Shown: positions 17,903 to 26,242 of the stretch, piece by piece
Layout of the letters: each line of letters opens with the position of its first letter
Position numbering within the stretch: position 1 is the stretch's first letter
Source of the DNA: Candidatus Micrarchaeota archaeon
GTDB lineage: Archaea; Micrarchaeota; Micrarchaeia; Micrarchaeales; CABMGC01
Direction of reading: 5' to 3'
Assembly: GCA_027328265.1 (NCBI GenBank)
Contig: DAHVVD010000029.1
Span: 1 to 33,555, forward strand
Length of the DNA stretch: 33,555 bases
The notes under the pieces: generated by a model
What the model was told of the DNA's origin: nothing
Database searches by the model: none
What the model saw: the letters and a program-made list of their open reading frames with translations, nothing else
Made by a program: the position numbers and the translations under genes

Positions 17903-18053
17903 CCTTCGCCTTATTACATTAATTCGGCATATATAGCTTGCCAGCGCTCAAGCTCACAAAAGCCAAGTGCGCTCTAGAAAGCTGCCGAGAGGTCTGAAAA
18001 GCCAGAAAAGGCTAAATACCTATAGATATAAAGTTAATCTGCGATAGAAAAGC

Positions 18054-18350
18054 ATGAGCTACACGAACAGGAACATCGTCATAAACGAGCTTATAGGCCT
18101 GCGGGCAAGGGTCATCGGATCCTTAGACAAAAAGCAGAAGGGCATAAGCGGAAAAGTAACGGACGAGACCAAGAACACCCTCATGCTCGCAACGCAGAAA
18201 GGAGAGGTCCGCATCATAAAGTCCACCTCAACATTCAGGTTTTACACGCCTGACGGAAGCTTCGTTGTTGAGGGAAAGGAGATCTCCTTCAGGCCAGACG
18301 AGCGGACAGGAAAGGCAATGAAGTACTACAAGAGGAGAAAAGAAAGGTAA
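18054..18350 (+). CDS. rnp1: RNase P protein component 1 (Rpp29/Pop4)
   Basis: 'NELIGLRARVIGSLDKKQKGISGKVTDETKNTLML' is typical of Rpp29. The gene holds the canonical position just before uS17. Confidence 0.8.
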   Translation: MSYTNRNIVINELIGLRARVIGSLDKKQKGISGKVTDETKNTLMLATQKGEVRIIKSTSTFRFYTPDGSFVVEGKEISFRPDERTGKAMKYYKRRKER

Positions 18351-18388
18351 AAAGAAAGAGAAAAAGAAAGAGAAAATAATGTGAAATA

Positions 18389-18691
18389 ATGGCAGGTAAT
18401 AGCAAAGCCGATTGCAAGGACCCGAAGTGCCCGATACACGGAGGGCTGAAGGTTAGAGGCACCTCTCTCCAGGGCAGAGTCGTGAGCGCGAAGGCAAAGA
18501 AGACAGCAATAGTCGAGATCGACTACACGCGCTACATCAACAAGTACGAGAGATACCTGAGAAAGAGGTCAAGGATTCCTTCCTACAACCCTGACTGCAT
18601 AGCTGCGAAGGAGGGCAACGTCGTCACAATAGCAGAGACGCGCAGGCTCAGCAAGACAAAGTCCTTTGCGGTAACAGGAATAGTAAAGTGA
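18389..18691 (+). CDS. rps17: 30S ribosomal protein uS17
   Basis: CPIHGGLKVRGTSLQGRVVSAKAKKTAIVE, plus operon position. Confidence 0.9.
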   Translation: MAGNSKADCKDPKCPIHGGLKVRGTSLQGRVVSAKAKKTAIVEIDYTRYINKYERYLRKRSRIPSYNPDCIAAKEGNVVTIAETRRLSKTKSFAVTGIVK

Positions 18692-18701
18692 TGGCGAGAA
18701 G

Positions 18702-19106
18702 ATGAAGGGCATTTCAACAAAAGTAATGAAGACTCTTATACCCGGAACTGTGCTGGGATGCGCGGACAACAGCGGAGCTTACGAGTTCAGGATGATCCAT
18801 CTGATAGGAAAGGGAGGAGGCGGAAGGCACGGAAAGCAGGCAACTGCAGGAATCGGCGACCTCGTCTCAGCTAGCGTCAGGAAGGGCTCGCCTACATACC
18901 TCAAGAAGCCCGTGCGCGTTCTCGTAATAAGGCAGAAGGCTCCGATAAGGCGCGCCAACGGCATGCGCATGAGGTTCGAGGACAACGCAGGCATAATGGT
19001 CGGCGAAGACAACCTTCCGGTGGGCACCGAGATAAAAGGGGCAATCGCAAGAGAGGTAGTGGAGAGATTCGTCAAGGTCGCAGGAATAGCCTCGAGGATT
19101 GTGTGA
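18702..19106 (+). CDS. rpl14: 50S ribosomal protein uL14
   Basis: LGCADNSGA ... IRRANGMRMRFEDNAG ... GAIAREV, plus operon position. Confidence 0.93.
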   Translation: MKGISTKVMKTLIPGTVLGCADNSGAYEFRMIHLIGKGGGGRHGKQATAGIGDLVSASVRKGSPTYLKKPVRVLVIRQKAPIRRANGMRMRFEDNAGIMVGEDNLPVGTEIKGAIAREVVERFVKVAGIASRIV

Positions 19107-19111
19107 CATTA

Positions 19112-19474
19112 ATGGGCAGCAGCAAGCCAAGGAGACAGAGATTCATGCGCTTCAACGCGCCTCTCCACGTCAGGCAGGGCTTCGCGCACGCTCACCTCAC
19201 GAAGGAGCTCAAGACAAAACTGAGCATCAAGAGGAGGAGCGCGCAGATAAGGCGCGGCGACACCGTGAAGGTGGTTGCTGGAGACTTCAGCGGCAAGACA
19301 GGCAAGGTGAACAAGGTGAGCCTTCGGAGCAGCAAGGCTTTCATAGAGGGGCTGACGAGGAAGAACGCAAAGGGAAAGGAGCTCATGATCCCAATCCCGA
19401 TAAGCAAGCTCTACATCACCGACCTCGACCTCTCGGACAAGTTCAGGAAGGAGAAGCTCGGGATAAAGGCATGA
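19112..19474 (+). CDS. rpl24: 50S ribosomal protein uL24
   Basis: KOW motif RRGDTVKVVAGDFSGKTGKV. The track start is GTG 19103; ATG 19112 is the likelier start. Confidence 0.9.
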   Translation: MGSSKPRRQRFMRFNAPLHVRQGFAHAHLTKELKTKLSIKRRSAQIRRGDTVKVVAGDFSGKTGKVNKVSLRSSKAFIEGLTRKNAKGKELMIPIPISKLYITDLDLSDKFRKEKLGIKA

Positions 19475-19478
19475 TAAA

Positions 19479-20162
19479 ATGGCAGGAAAGGGAAACAAGC
19501 GTCATATCAAGAGGCTCGCTTCGAGCAGGTACATGGCCATCGGCAGAAAGGCCTCTAAGTATGTAATCAAGCCGATGCCAGGAAGGCATACCGGCAAGAG
19601 GAGCATCTCCCTTATGACTGTGCTCAAGGAGAAGATAATGAGCGCAACATCGAGGGAGGCAGGATTCGCGATAAAGAGCTCAAGCATAAAGGTAAACGGG
19701 AAAACGGTCAAGGAGCCTAAGTATGCGGTAGGCTTCGGAGACCTCATAGAGATACTTCCAACCAATGAGAGCTTCAGGATAGTCTCTGGCAAGGACGGCA
19801 GGTTCGAGATAGAGAAAGCGAAGGGGAAGCACCGCTCCAATCAAACATTCAAGGTAATAGGCAAGTACGTCGGCAAGAAGGGAAAGATCTTCCTCAAGCT
19901 GCACGATGGCAGCTCTGTTGGCTCGGACAACTCGGCAAAGGTCAACGACTCTGTGGTGCTTGCAGAGAAGAAGATATCAAAAGTCATAAAGCTCGAGAAA
20001 GGAAGCAAATGCTACGTCGTTACCGGCACGCACGCCTCCGAGAGCGGCACAATAAAGGAGATAACGAAAGGCACACTCCAGAGAAATCCCTCCGTAAAGA
20101 TAGAAGGGAGCAGCGGAGAGTTCGAGACCCTCCTCAGGAACATAATGGTAGTTGGTGAATAA
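19479..20162 (+). CDS. rps4e: 30S ribosomal protein eS4
   Basis: MAGKGNKRHIKRLASSRYM N-terminus, S4e-type length, and operon position. Confidence 0.9.
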   Translation: MAGKGNKRHIKRLASSRYMAIGRKASKYVIKPMPGRHTGKRSISLMTVLKEKIMSATSREAGFAIKSSSIKVNGKTVKEPKYAVGFGDLIEILPTNESFRIVSGKDGRFEIEKAKGKHRSNQTFKVIGKYVGKKGKIFLKLHDGSSVGSDNSAKVNDSVVLAEKKISKVIKLEKGSKCYVVTGTHASESGTIKEITKGTLQRNPSVKIEGSSGEFETLLRNIMVVGE

Positions 20163-20682
20163 GTTGGAAGAGAGCGCCATGCGCACAGTCTATCTTGACA
20201 AGGTCGTCATAAACATAGGCACCGGTTCTGGAAGCGAGGACCTGGCTGACAACGCGCGCGAGCTAATCAAAAAACTCACCAACCACGATGCAGGCTACGC
20301 CTTCTCGAAGAGGAGGGACCCGGAGCTCAAGCTCAGGCAGGGCCAGAAGATAGGCGCAATAGTTACACTCAGGAAGAAGGACGCTTTCGACTTCCTCAAG
20401 AGGGCTCTCGATGCCAACAACAACCTTCTGGGAGAGAACGCGATCTCAAACAACTCAGTGAATTTCGGAGTAAAGGAGTACATCTATTTCACCGGAGTGA
20501 AGTACGACCCCAAGATAGGGATACTCGGCATGAACGTCAACGCCGCCTTCTCAAGGAAGGGAAAGCGCGTCGAGAACAGAAAGAGGCGGAGGAGCCGCGT
20601 GCCAAAGGGCCACAGGGACGTGCGGAAGGAAGAGATAATCAGCTACCTGGAAAAGAACTTCAGCGTGAAATTCGCAAACTGA
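20152..20682 (+). CDS. rpl5: 50S ribosomal protein uL5
   Basis: [13 protein letters not shown] ... [10 protein letters not shown], plus operon position. The track start is TTG 20152; an alternative is ATG 20179. Confidence 0.9.
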   Translation: MVNKLEESAMRTVYLDKVVINIGTGSGSEDLADNARELIKKLTNHDAGYAFSKRRDPELKLRQGQKIGAIVTLRKKDAFDFLKRALDANNNLLGENAISNNSVNFGVKEYIYFTGVKYDPKIGILGMNVNAAFSRKGKRVENRKRRRSRVPKGHRDVRKEEIISYLEKNFSVKFAN

Positions 20683-20693
20683 CTGATGATCCT

Positions 20694-20849
20694 ATGAAGA
20701 CGAGCAATGACCAAAAATACAAGGGCCGCGGGAAGCGGGTCTGCTGGAGATGCGGCACCGCAAGGGGCCTGATAAGGAGCTACCGCCTCCAGATATGCAG
20801 GAGATGCTTCCGCGAGACTGCGAGGGACCTCGGATTCGAGAAATATTAA
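20694..20849 (+). CDS. rps14: 30S ribosomal protein uS14 (zinc-binding, type Z), 51 aa; absent from the ORF track
   Basis: My translation: [51 protein letters not shown]. It has CxxC...CxxC and sits in the canonical slot between uL5 and uS8. Confidence 0.85.
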   Translation: MKTSNDQKYKGRGKRVCWRCGTARGLIRSYRLQICRRCFRETARDLGFEKY

Positions 20850-20858
20850 GGTGATAAA

Positions 20859-21239
20859 ATGGATGTTTTTGCAGATGCGCTCAACAAGATAAAGCTCTAT
20901 GAAAGTCTAGGCAAGTACGAGTGCACGGTCGACTCGACAAAGCTGATAAGATCGGTGCTGGAGGCTCTCAAGGCCCACAACTACATAGAGGGATTCGAGG
21001 AATACAAGGAAGGCAAGTTCAAGAAGATAAAGATAAGGATGGCCAAGAAGATAAACTACCTAGGCGCCATAAAGCCGAGGCACGCAGTCGGCATAGACGA
21101 GTACCAGAAGTACGAGGCTAGGTACATACCAAGCAAAGACTTTGGGATCTTGATAGTCTCTACGCCACAGGGCATAATGACAAACAGGGAAGCGAGGGCG
21201 AAGAGGATAGGAGGAAGGCTCCTGGCCTACGTATACTGA
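20859..21239 (+). CDS. rps8: 30S ribosomal protein uS8
   Basis: DVFADALNKIK ... STPQGIMTNREARAKRIGGRLLAYVY. SD-like aggtgat upstream. Confidence 0.9.
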   Translation: MDVFADALNKIKLYESLGKYECTVDSTKLIRSVLEALKAHNYIEGFEEYKEGKFKKIKIRMAKKINYLGAIKPRHAVGIDEYQKYEARYIPSKDFGILIVSTPQGIMTNREARAKRIGGRLLAYVY

Positions 21240-21258
21240 CGAAAAGGAAACGATATTC

Positions 21259-21780
21259 ATGAACGTTATAGAAGTATCCAACGGCGTCGAAGTAAGAATC
21301 GACTCTGATATGATAATCATCAAGGGCAAGCTCGGCTCCACTGCGAAGAAGATAAACCCCAAGCTCTTCACTGCGAAGACTGAGCCAGGCAAGATAACCC
21401 TGGAGCCGACAAAGAACAAGAAGCTGGCGAAGAAGGCTGACCTTGCAATCCAGGCATTCGCATCAGAGCTCAAGTCGGCAAACCTTGGGGTCCAGAATGG
21501 CATCGAGAAGAAGATGGTAGTCTTCTTCTCGCACTTCCCGATAACGATAGAGATCAAGGGCAAGACAATCAGCATAAAGAACATTTTCGGCGAGAGAGTC
21601 CCAAGGTCCACGACATCTGTGGGCGACACCAAGGTAGAGGTCAAGGGGCAGGAAGTGATAGTGAAGGGAGTTGACGCTTACGATGTGGGCCAGACAGTTG
21701 CCAACATCAGGAAGGCCTGCTACTCCATAGGAGACACAAGGGTATTCCAGGACGGGCTATACCTTGCAAAGAGCGAGTGA
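21259..21780 (+). CDS. rpl6: 50S ribosomal protein uL6
   Basis: Two-repeat uL6 pattern, C-terminal DTRVFQDGLY, and operon position. Confidence 0.9.
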   Translation: MNVIEVSNGVEVRIDSDMIIIKGKLGSTAKKINPKLFTAKTEPGKITLEPTKNKKLAKKADLAIQAFASELKSANLGVQNGIEKKMVVFFSHFPITIEIKGKTISIKNIFGERVPRSTTSVGDTKVEVKGQEVIVKGVDAYDVGQTVANIRKACYSIGDTRVFQDGLYLAKSE

Positions 21781-21781
21781 T

Positions 21782-22138
21782 ATGACGAAAAAGAGCCATC
21801 CAACATTTGCCGTGCCAAATCTCGGCGCGCCTAACAGAAAGGGGGTCAAGGACAGATGGAGGAAGCAGCGAGGCATCGACAACAAGAAGCGGGTCAAGAG
21901 GAGCGGATACGGTGCTGTGCCTAATATAGGCTACAAGAACAGCGACTCCATAAGACACCTTAGGCAGGATGGCACGAGGAGCCTGCTGGTGCGCAACGAG
22001 CAGGAGCTCATTGATGCGTCAAAATTGAAGGGCATCACGGTAGTCATGGCCCACTCACTCTCGCAGAGGAAGAGGGCAGCTCTCGAGGGCCTCGCGAAGA
22101 AGTTCGGATTGAACGTGGCAAACAAGGTGAGAAGATGA
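21782..22138 (+). CDS. rpl32e: 50S ribosomal protein eL32
   Basis: DRWRKQRGIDNKKR ... GYKNSDSIRHLRQDG ... LVRNEQEL. ATG 21782 lies just after the uL6 stop; the track ORF opens at 21764. Confidence 0.85.
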   Translation: MTKKSHPTFAVPNLGAPNRKGVKDRWRKQRGIDNKKRVKRSGYGAVPNIGYKNSDSIRHLRQDGTRSLLVRNEQELIDASKLKGITVVMAHSLSQRKRAALEGLAKKFGLNVANKVRR

Positions 22139-22626
22139 CATTGAAATTCACAAGAAGGCTTGCAGCAGAACTCATGAACAGAGGAGAGAATGCTGTGAGG
22201 ATTAATCCAATTGCACTCGACAAGGCATCCAAGGCGATGACGCGCGAAGACGTCAAGAGGCTCATAAAAGACGGCAGCGTCTACGCGCTGAAGGAGAAGC
22301 ACAACCTCGGCGTGAGATCGAAGCTGCTCAAGCAGAAGCGGGCAAAGGGAAGGAGAAGGGGCCAGGGAAGAAGGCGCGGAACAGACAAGGCCCGCCAGGG
22401 AAGGAGATGGGAGAAGCAGGTCAGGTCGCAGAGAACCCTGCTAAGAATGCTCAGGTCCTCCGGGAAGCTCGACAAGGGATCATTCAGGAAGTATTACATG
22501 CTGATAAAGGGAAACAGCTTCCCAGACAAGGCTTCGCTGCTGCTCCACCTTGGAGAAGAAGGCGTGAAGGTAAGCCCTGAGGAGCTGAAGGCCATAAACG
22601 AGGAGATAGCAAAGCAGTACAAGTGA
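22135..22626 (+). CDS. rpl19e: 50S ribosomal protein eL19
   Basis: LKFTRRLAAELMNRGENAVRINP, a basic central region, and operon position. Confidence 0.88.
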   Translation: MTLKFTRRLAAELMNRGENAVRINPIALDKASKAMTREDVKRLIKDGSVYALKEKHNLGVRSKLLKQKRAKGRRRGQGRRRGTDKARQGRRWEKQVRSQRTLLRMLRSSGKLDKGSFRKYYMLIKGNSFPDKASLLLHLGEEGVKVSPEELKAINEEIAKQYK

Positions 22627-22632
22627 TTGAGA

Positions 22633-23187
22633 ATGACCGGAGGAAGGGATTTTAGAAGGAGGAAGGACTCGCTCACAGACTACAAGAAGAGGCTCGCCCT
22701 AGTGAAGGGAGGGACAGCCAGGGTAGTCGTGAGGAGGAGCAACAAAAGAATAATAGGCGAGATAGTAAGCTACGCCGAGATAGGCGACAAGGTCACAGCA
22801 TACGTCGACTCGAACTCGCTCAAGAAGCTCGGCTGGCCGTCAAGGAGCAACAGGCCCACGGCATATCTCACCGGCATGCTTCTCGCGAAGAGCGCTGCCA
22901 AGTCAAAGGAGCCAGGCAAGGAATACATACTTGACATAGGGCTCAGCTCGCCCGTGAAGAACTCCGTGCCGTTCGTTTTCGCAAAGGGCTGCATAGACGG
23001 CGGCATGAAGCTGAAGGCGAACCTCGATATAAAAGAAGTGATATATAACTATTCCAACACAGAGTATGCAAAGAAGTCGTCTGAGAACGGAGGCAGCCAA
23101 TACTCCAAATTCAAGAAGGATGGCATAAAGATAGAGGGGCTAGGAGAGCTCTTCGAGAGCACAAAGAAGAAGATACTGGGAGAGTGA
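22633..23187 (+). CDS. rpl18: 50S ribosomal protein uL18
   Basis: RRRKDSLTDYKKRLALV ... RVVVRRSNKRIIGEIV. ATG 22633; the track opens at TTG 22627. Confidence 0.88.
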   Translation: MTGGRDFRRRKDSLTDYKKRLALVKGGTARVVVRRSNKRIIGEIVSYAEIGDKVTAYVDSNSLKKLGWPSRSNRPTAYLTGMLLAKSAAKSKEPGKEYILDIGLSSPVKNSVPFVFAKGCIDGGMKLKANLDIKEVIYNYSNTEYAKKSSENGGSQYSKFKKDGIKIEGLGELFESTKKKILGE

Positions 23188-23191
23188 TATT

Positions 23192-23842
23192 TTGGAAGAG
23201 AGCGCATCAATACACGAAGCACTGCTTTGGAATCCTAAGACGAAGATAGGCAAGATGGTCAAGTCAGGCGAGATAAGGAACATAGAGCAGATTTTCGAGG
23301 CAGGCAAGCCCATCAAGGAAGTTGAGATAGTGGACACGCTCCTGCCAAAGCTGGAGGACAAGGTGCTCGAGATAATCTCAGTGCAGAGGATGACTAAGAA
23401 CAACAGGAAACAAAAATTCAGGGTCACCGCGGTAGTAGGAGACAGGAACGGCCACGTCGGACTCGCAGCTGCAAAGGACGCAGAGGTAAAGCCAGCCATA
23501 GATACTGTCGTGAGGGAAGCAAAGAGGAATGTCATCTCGGTTAAGCTAGGCTGCGGTTCGTGGGAATGCGGATGCGGAACGCCTCACACCCTCCCGCTCA
23601 CCCAGAGGGCCAAATGCGGAAGTGCAGAAGTCATAATCAAGCCTGCGCCAAAAGGAGTAGGCATAGTAGCGTCAAAGACAGTGAAGACCGTTCTAGAGTT
23701 CGCAGGCATAAAGGACGCATGGACCTTTTCGAAGGGAAGGACGAGAAGCGTATACAACATGGCCATGGCGACCTTCACCGCACTTCAGGGAATCTCAGAG
23801 ATCAGGAATCCAGAAGAGCTCAAGGCAATGGACGTGAACTGA
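23192..23842 (+). CDS. rps5: 30S ribosomal protein uS5
   Basis: VQRMTKNNRKQKFRVTAVVGDRNGHVGLAAAKD ... IKPAPKGVGIVAS. Apparent TTG start. Confidence 0.92.
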   Translation: MEESASIHEALLWNPKTKIGKMVKSGEIRNIEQIFEAGKPIKEVEIVDTLLPKLEDKVLEIISVQRMTKNNRKQKFRVTAVVGDRNGHVGLAAAKDAEVKPAIDTVVREAKRNVISVKLGCGSWECGCGTPHTLPLTQRAKCGSAEVIIKPAPKGVGIVASKTVKTVLEFAGIKDAWTFSKGRTRSVYNMAMATFTALQGISEIRNPEELKAMDVN

Positions 23843-23846
23843 CTTT

Positions 23847-24719
23847 TCAGAAAGGCTCCTCTCCGAATTTTCTTGAGAGCGCTTCTATTCCTCCGCGCAT
23901 TACAAAAACATCTACCCCATAGTCCCTCTTAAGTATCTTGGCGAGATGAAGCGCCTCAGATTCTTCATAACTTATCAAGATGCAACCTTTCCAAGCTGCA
24001 ACTTTCTCCCTCTTCAGATCTGTCATCTCTCCGAGGCTCACCTTAATCACCTTCTCCTTATCGACTCCTAGAAGATTAACCACTTCCTGTACGGGCTCGA
24101 GCCCTAGCCAGATGAACTTCGCGCCTTTCTCCACCTTATCGAAAGCCTCCTTTAGCGTAAGCTCGCTCGCGCTCCTCTTCTCCTGGTAGACTGTGGTCTG
24201 GCGGGATGATCCCTCAACCTTTCCAAAAACCTCCTCGCGGCTCCCAGCAAGTGCCATGTTCTCCACCACCTCGGTGATGAAGGTCGAGATCTTGAGCGCG
24301 TCAGCTGGCCAGAGCCCATCAACCTCCCCCTCCTTCTTCACTGCCTGGCTGGAGTCCGCGAAGCCGTGTATGCGTATGTGCACCGACGAGAACAGCCTTC
24401 CCCTTGTCTTGAGAACGCTTATTATGTTGTTGTACGGTATGATGCTTATCTCCGAGGGCGAGCCGAGGTTGAAGCCGAAATAAAGCCCCCAGAAAGAGGG
24501 CATGGCTATTATCACCCGCTTGTTCGTTACTACTATCTTATTCGGCGCTAGGTCCCTCAGGAGGCTCTGCTTCACCTCTATTATGGTCTCCTCGTCCTTC
24601 ACAAGCGTGTCCTTGAGGGCGTTCAGGCACCTCTTGGTGTGGGCGTGCGGCTGGTAGTTTCCGCTCTCGACGAGCGTCTGCTTTGCCCTCTCTACAGCCA
24701 AGTGTACCTGAGACTCCAA
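23847..24719 (-). CDS. hypothetical protein: bacterial-PH-like (bPH_2-like) domain plus rhodanese-like C-terminal domain lacking the catalytic Cys
   Basis: 'IVVTNKRVIIAMP ... ISIIPYNNIISVLKTRGRLFSSVHIRIHG' resembles bPH domains. The C-terminal 'GCILISYEESEALHLAKILKRDYGVDVFVMRGGIEA' resembles a rhodanese core with Ser/Tyr where CxxGxR would be. Weak assignment made by eye. Confidence 0.35.
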   Translation of the reverse strand: MESQVHLAVERAKQTLVESGNYQPHAHTKRCLNALKDTLVKDEETIIEVKQSLLRDLAPNKIVVTNKRVIIAMPSFWGLYFGFNLGSPSEISIIPYNNIISVLKTRGRLFSSVHIRIHGFADSSQAVKKEGEVDGLWPADALKISTFITEVVENMALAGSREEVFGKVEGSSRQTTVYQEKRSASELTLKEAFDKVEKGAKFIWLGLEPVQEVVNLLGVDKEKVIKVSLGEMTDLKREKVAAWKGCILISYEESEALHLAKILKRDYGVDVFVMRGGIEALSRKFGEEPF

Positions 24720-24760
24720 CCCATAAACCCTGTAGCTTACTGTAATTTACTGTAATCAGT

Positions 24761-25513
24761 TCAGTTCCTGTAGCCCCAGCTTCCTACGATCGCAAGAGCG
24801 AAGCCGAAGAGGCTCAGGACGAAGTAAAGATTATTCCCAAGTGTGATTGAGAGAAGGATGACGCCTGTAAGTCCACCGACGAGCCACGCGCCCCTGTTCA
24901 TGTTGCTGAAAGCCCCCAGGTTTATGAAGCTTATAAAGAAGAGTGCAATTGCACCTATCATCGCCGCTGAGAAGAGGAGGGGCTCAAGCGGTGCCACGCT
25001 GAGCACTGCGCCGAGATAGGCGCCGCCTATAGCAGTGAAGGCTATTAGCAGGTAGACTATGCTCGCGAGGAACTCGAAGAAGAACTTCTTCTTCCTGACC
25101 TCGGCATTAAAGGCGACCCTTCGCCTGTTCCTCCTCTTAAGGTAGGCATGGTGTCCTATCCCTCCGCTCGCGAAAGAGAGCGCAAATCCAATCAGCACAA
25201 CGAGCAGCATAGCATAATTGCCAAATGTCAGCGCAACGAGCGAGACGCCGACGAGAACAGTTATGAAGAGCGAGAGAATCACAGTCTCCTCCCTTATGCC
25301 GAAGAGGTTTGTAAAACTGAGCAGAAAGAGCACTATAGCGCCAACTGCGGCGACAAGATATGCGGCTATGTTCCAGGATGCGCCAGCCCATGCGGCGTAT
25401 GGGTAAGAGCCGCCGAACGAGAGCGCAACAATCAGCAGGTATGCCAGGCTACCTAGGAAGCCTAGCCCAAAGACCCTCAAAATATGAGCCTCATTATTCG
25501 TGCCTATAGCCAC
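24761..25513 (-). CDS. 8-TM membrane protein made of two tandem copies of a 4-TM module
   Basis: Both halves share a module start (FLGSLAYLLIVALSFGG / FLASIVYLLIAFTAIGG) with the neighbouring 126-aa protein (FIGSLIYLIVVFTGLGG). A basic linker (KRRNRRRVAFNAEVRKKK) joins the halves. Confidence 0.55.
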   Translation of the reverse strand: MAIGTNNEAHILRVFGLGFLGSLAYLLIVALSFGGSYPYAAWAGASWNIAAYLVAAVGAIVLFLLSFTNLFGIREETVILSLFITVLVGVSLVALTFGNYAMLLVVLIGFALSFASGGIGHHAYLKRRNRRRVAFNAEVRKKKFFFEFLASIVYLLIAFTAIGGAYLGAVLSVAPLEPLLFSAAMIGAIALFFISFINLGAFSNMNRGAWLVGGLTGVILLSITLGNNLYFVLSLFGFALAIVGSWGYRN

Positions 25514-25557
25514 CGTATCACAATACCCTTAAGAAATAAAGATTATTAAACCTGACT

Positions 25558-25616
25558 AGAAGAAAAAGAAAAGGAAGAGAAAAGGGAAAGAAAGAGAAAA
25601 ATAAAAGAAAGAAGAA
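25558..25616 (+). repeat. 59-nt homopurine tract (one T interruption) in an intergenic spacer; pyrimidine/oligo-T-rich on the coding (minus) strand
   Basis: Read directly: 25558-25601 is all A/G, T at 25602, and A/G again at 25603-25616. Confidence 0.9.
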
Positions 25617-25645
25617 TGCAGCTTTGTCTTATCCTGCCTTATCCT

Positions 25646-26026
25646 TTACATCGAGGATGCAGCTGCTCCCAGGAATGCAAGGACGAAGCCCAGCAAGCTT
25701 ACGAGCATGTAGGTAGAGTTTCCAGCCGTAAGGGCTACAAGCGCTATGCCGCTGATAGTGGCTGCCTTCATTGCGCTCGCCGTCGCCGTCTTTGCCATCC
25801 CGCCGAAGTTAGCGAAGCTCGTGAAGAAGAGTGTTATCGAGCCGATAGCCGCTACTCCGAAGAGTATAGTCCATGCCCATGCCGTATTAGCCTGGGTCAA
25901 CACCGCACCAGCATATCCACCCAGTCCTGTAAAGACTACAATAAGGTAGATAAGGCTGCCGATGAACTCGAGGCCGAATGCGCCCCATAGATTCTTAGAC
26001 TGTTTTGCCATTTTACCACGGTACAC
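25646..26026 (-). CDS. 4-TM membrane protein, single-module paralog of 24761-25513
   Basis: Four hydrophobic segments and shared motifs with both halves of the downstream gene. An alternative start is Met 26011. Confidence 0.55.
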   Translation of the reverse strand: MYRGKMAKQSKNLWGAFGLEFIGSLIYLIVVFTGLGGYAGAVLTQANTAWAWTILFGVAAIGSITLFFTSFANFGGMAKTATASAMKAATISGIALVALTAGNSTYMLVSLLGFVLAFLGAAASSM

Positions 26027-26171
26027 TATCGGAAATCGAGATTCTTAAAGGTAATCCCAAGGCCGAAAATAAGTCTGACAAATGACGAAAGAGGACATCC
26101 CTTTAAATGCTTAAGCCCCTGAAAAGGGGCTGGAGTCAGGCTTAAAAAGGGGCTAGAAAAAATCCAAAATA

Positions 26172-26242
26172 GGCCTTGGCCGGGAATCGAACCCGGTCCT
26201 GGGGGTCCACAACCCCCTGTGCTACCGTTACACAACCAAGGC
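26172..26242 (-). tRNA. tRNA-His (anticodon GTG), G-1 not genomically encoded
   Basis: Minus-strand read: GCCTTGG TT GTGT AACGGTA GCAC A GGGGG TTGTGGA CCCCC AGGA CCGGG TTCGATT CCCGG CCAAGGC C. The base 5' of G1 is T. The discriminator is C73. Confidence 0.85.

Noticed and set aside
19099-19566. 155-aa alternative-frame ORF and 129-aa antisense ORF overlapping uL24/eS4.
   Set aside because: They overlap conserved ribosomal protein genes. The Arg/Gln/Glu-rich translation is what off-frame reading of basic r-protein codons would produce.
24737-24756. Tandem 2 x 10-bp repeat ttactgtaat upstream of the bPH/rhodanese gene, considered as a mini-CRISPR or repeat array.
   Set aside because: There are only two short adjacent copies with no spacers. 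It most likely just forms the AT-rich promoter box (~28 nt upstream of start 24719). No CRISPR array exists anywhere in the window.
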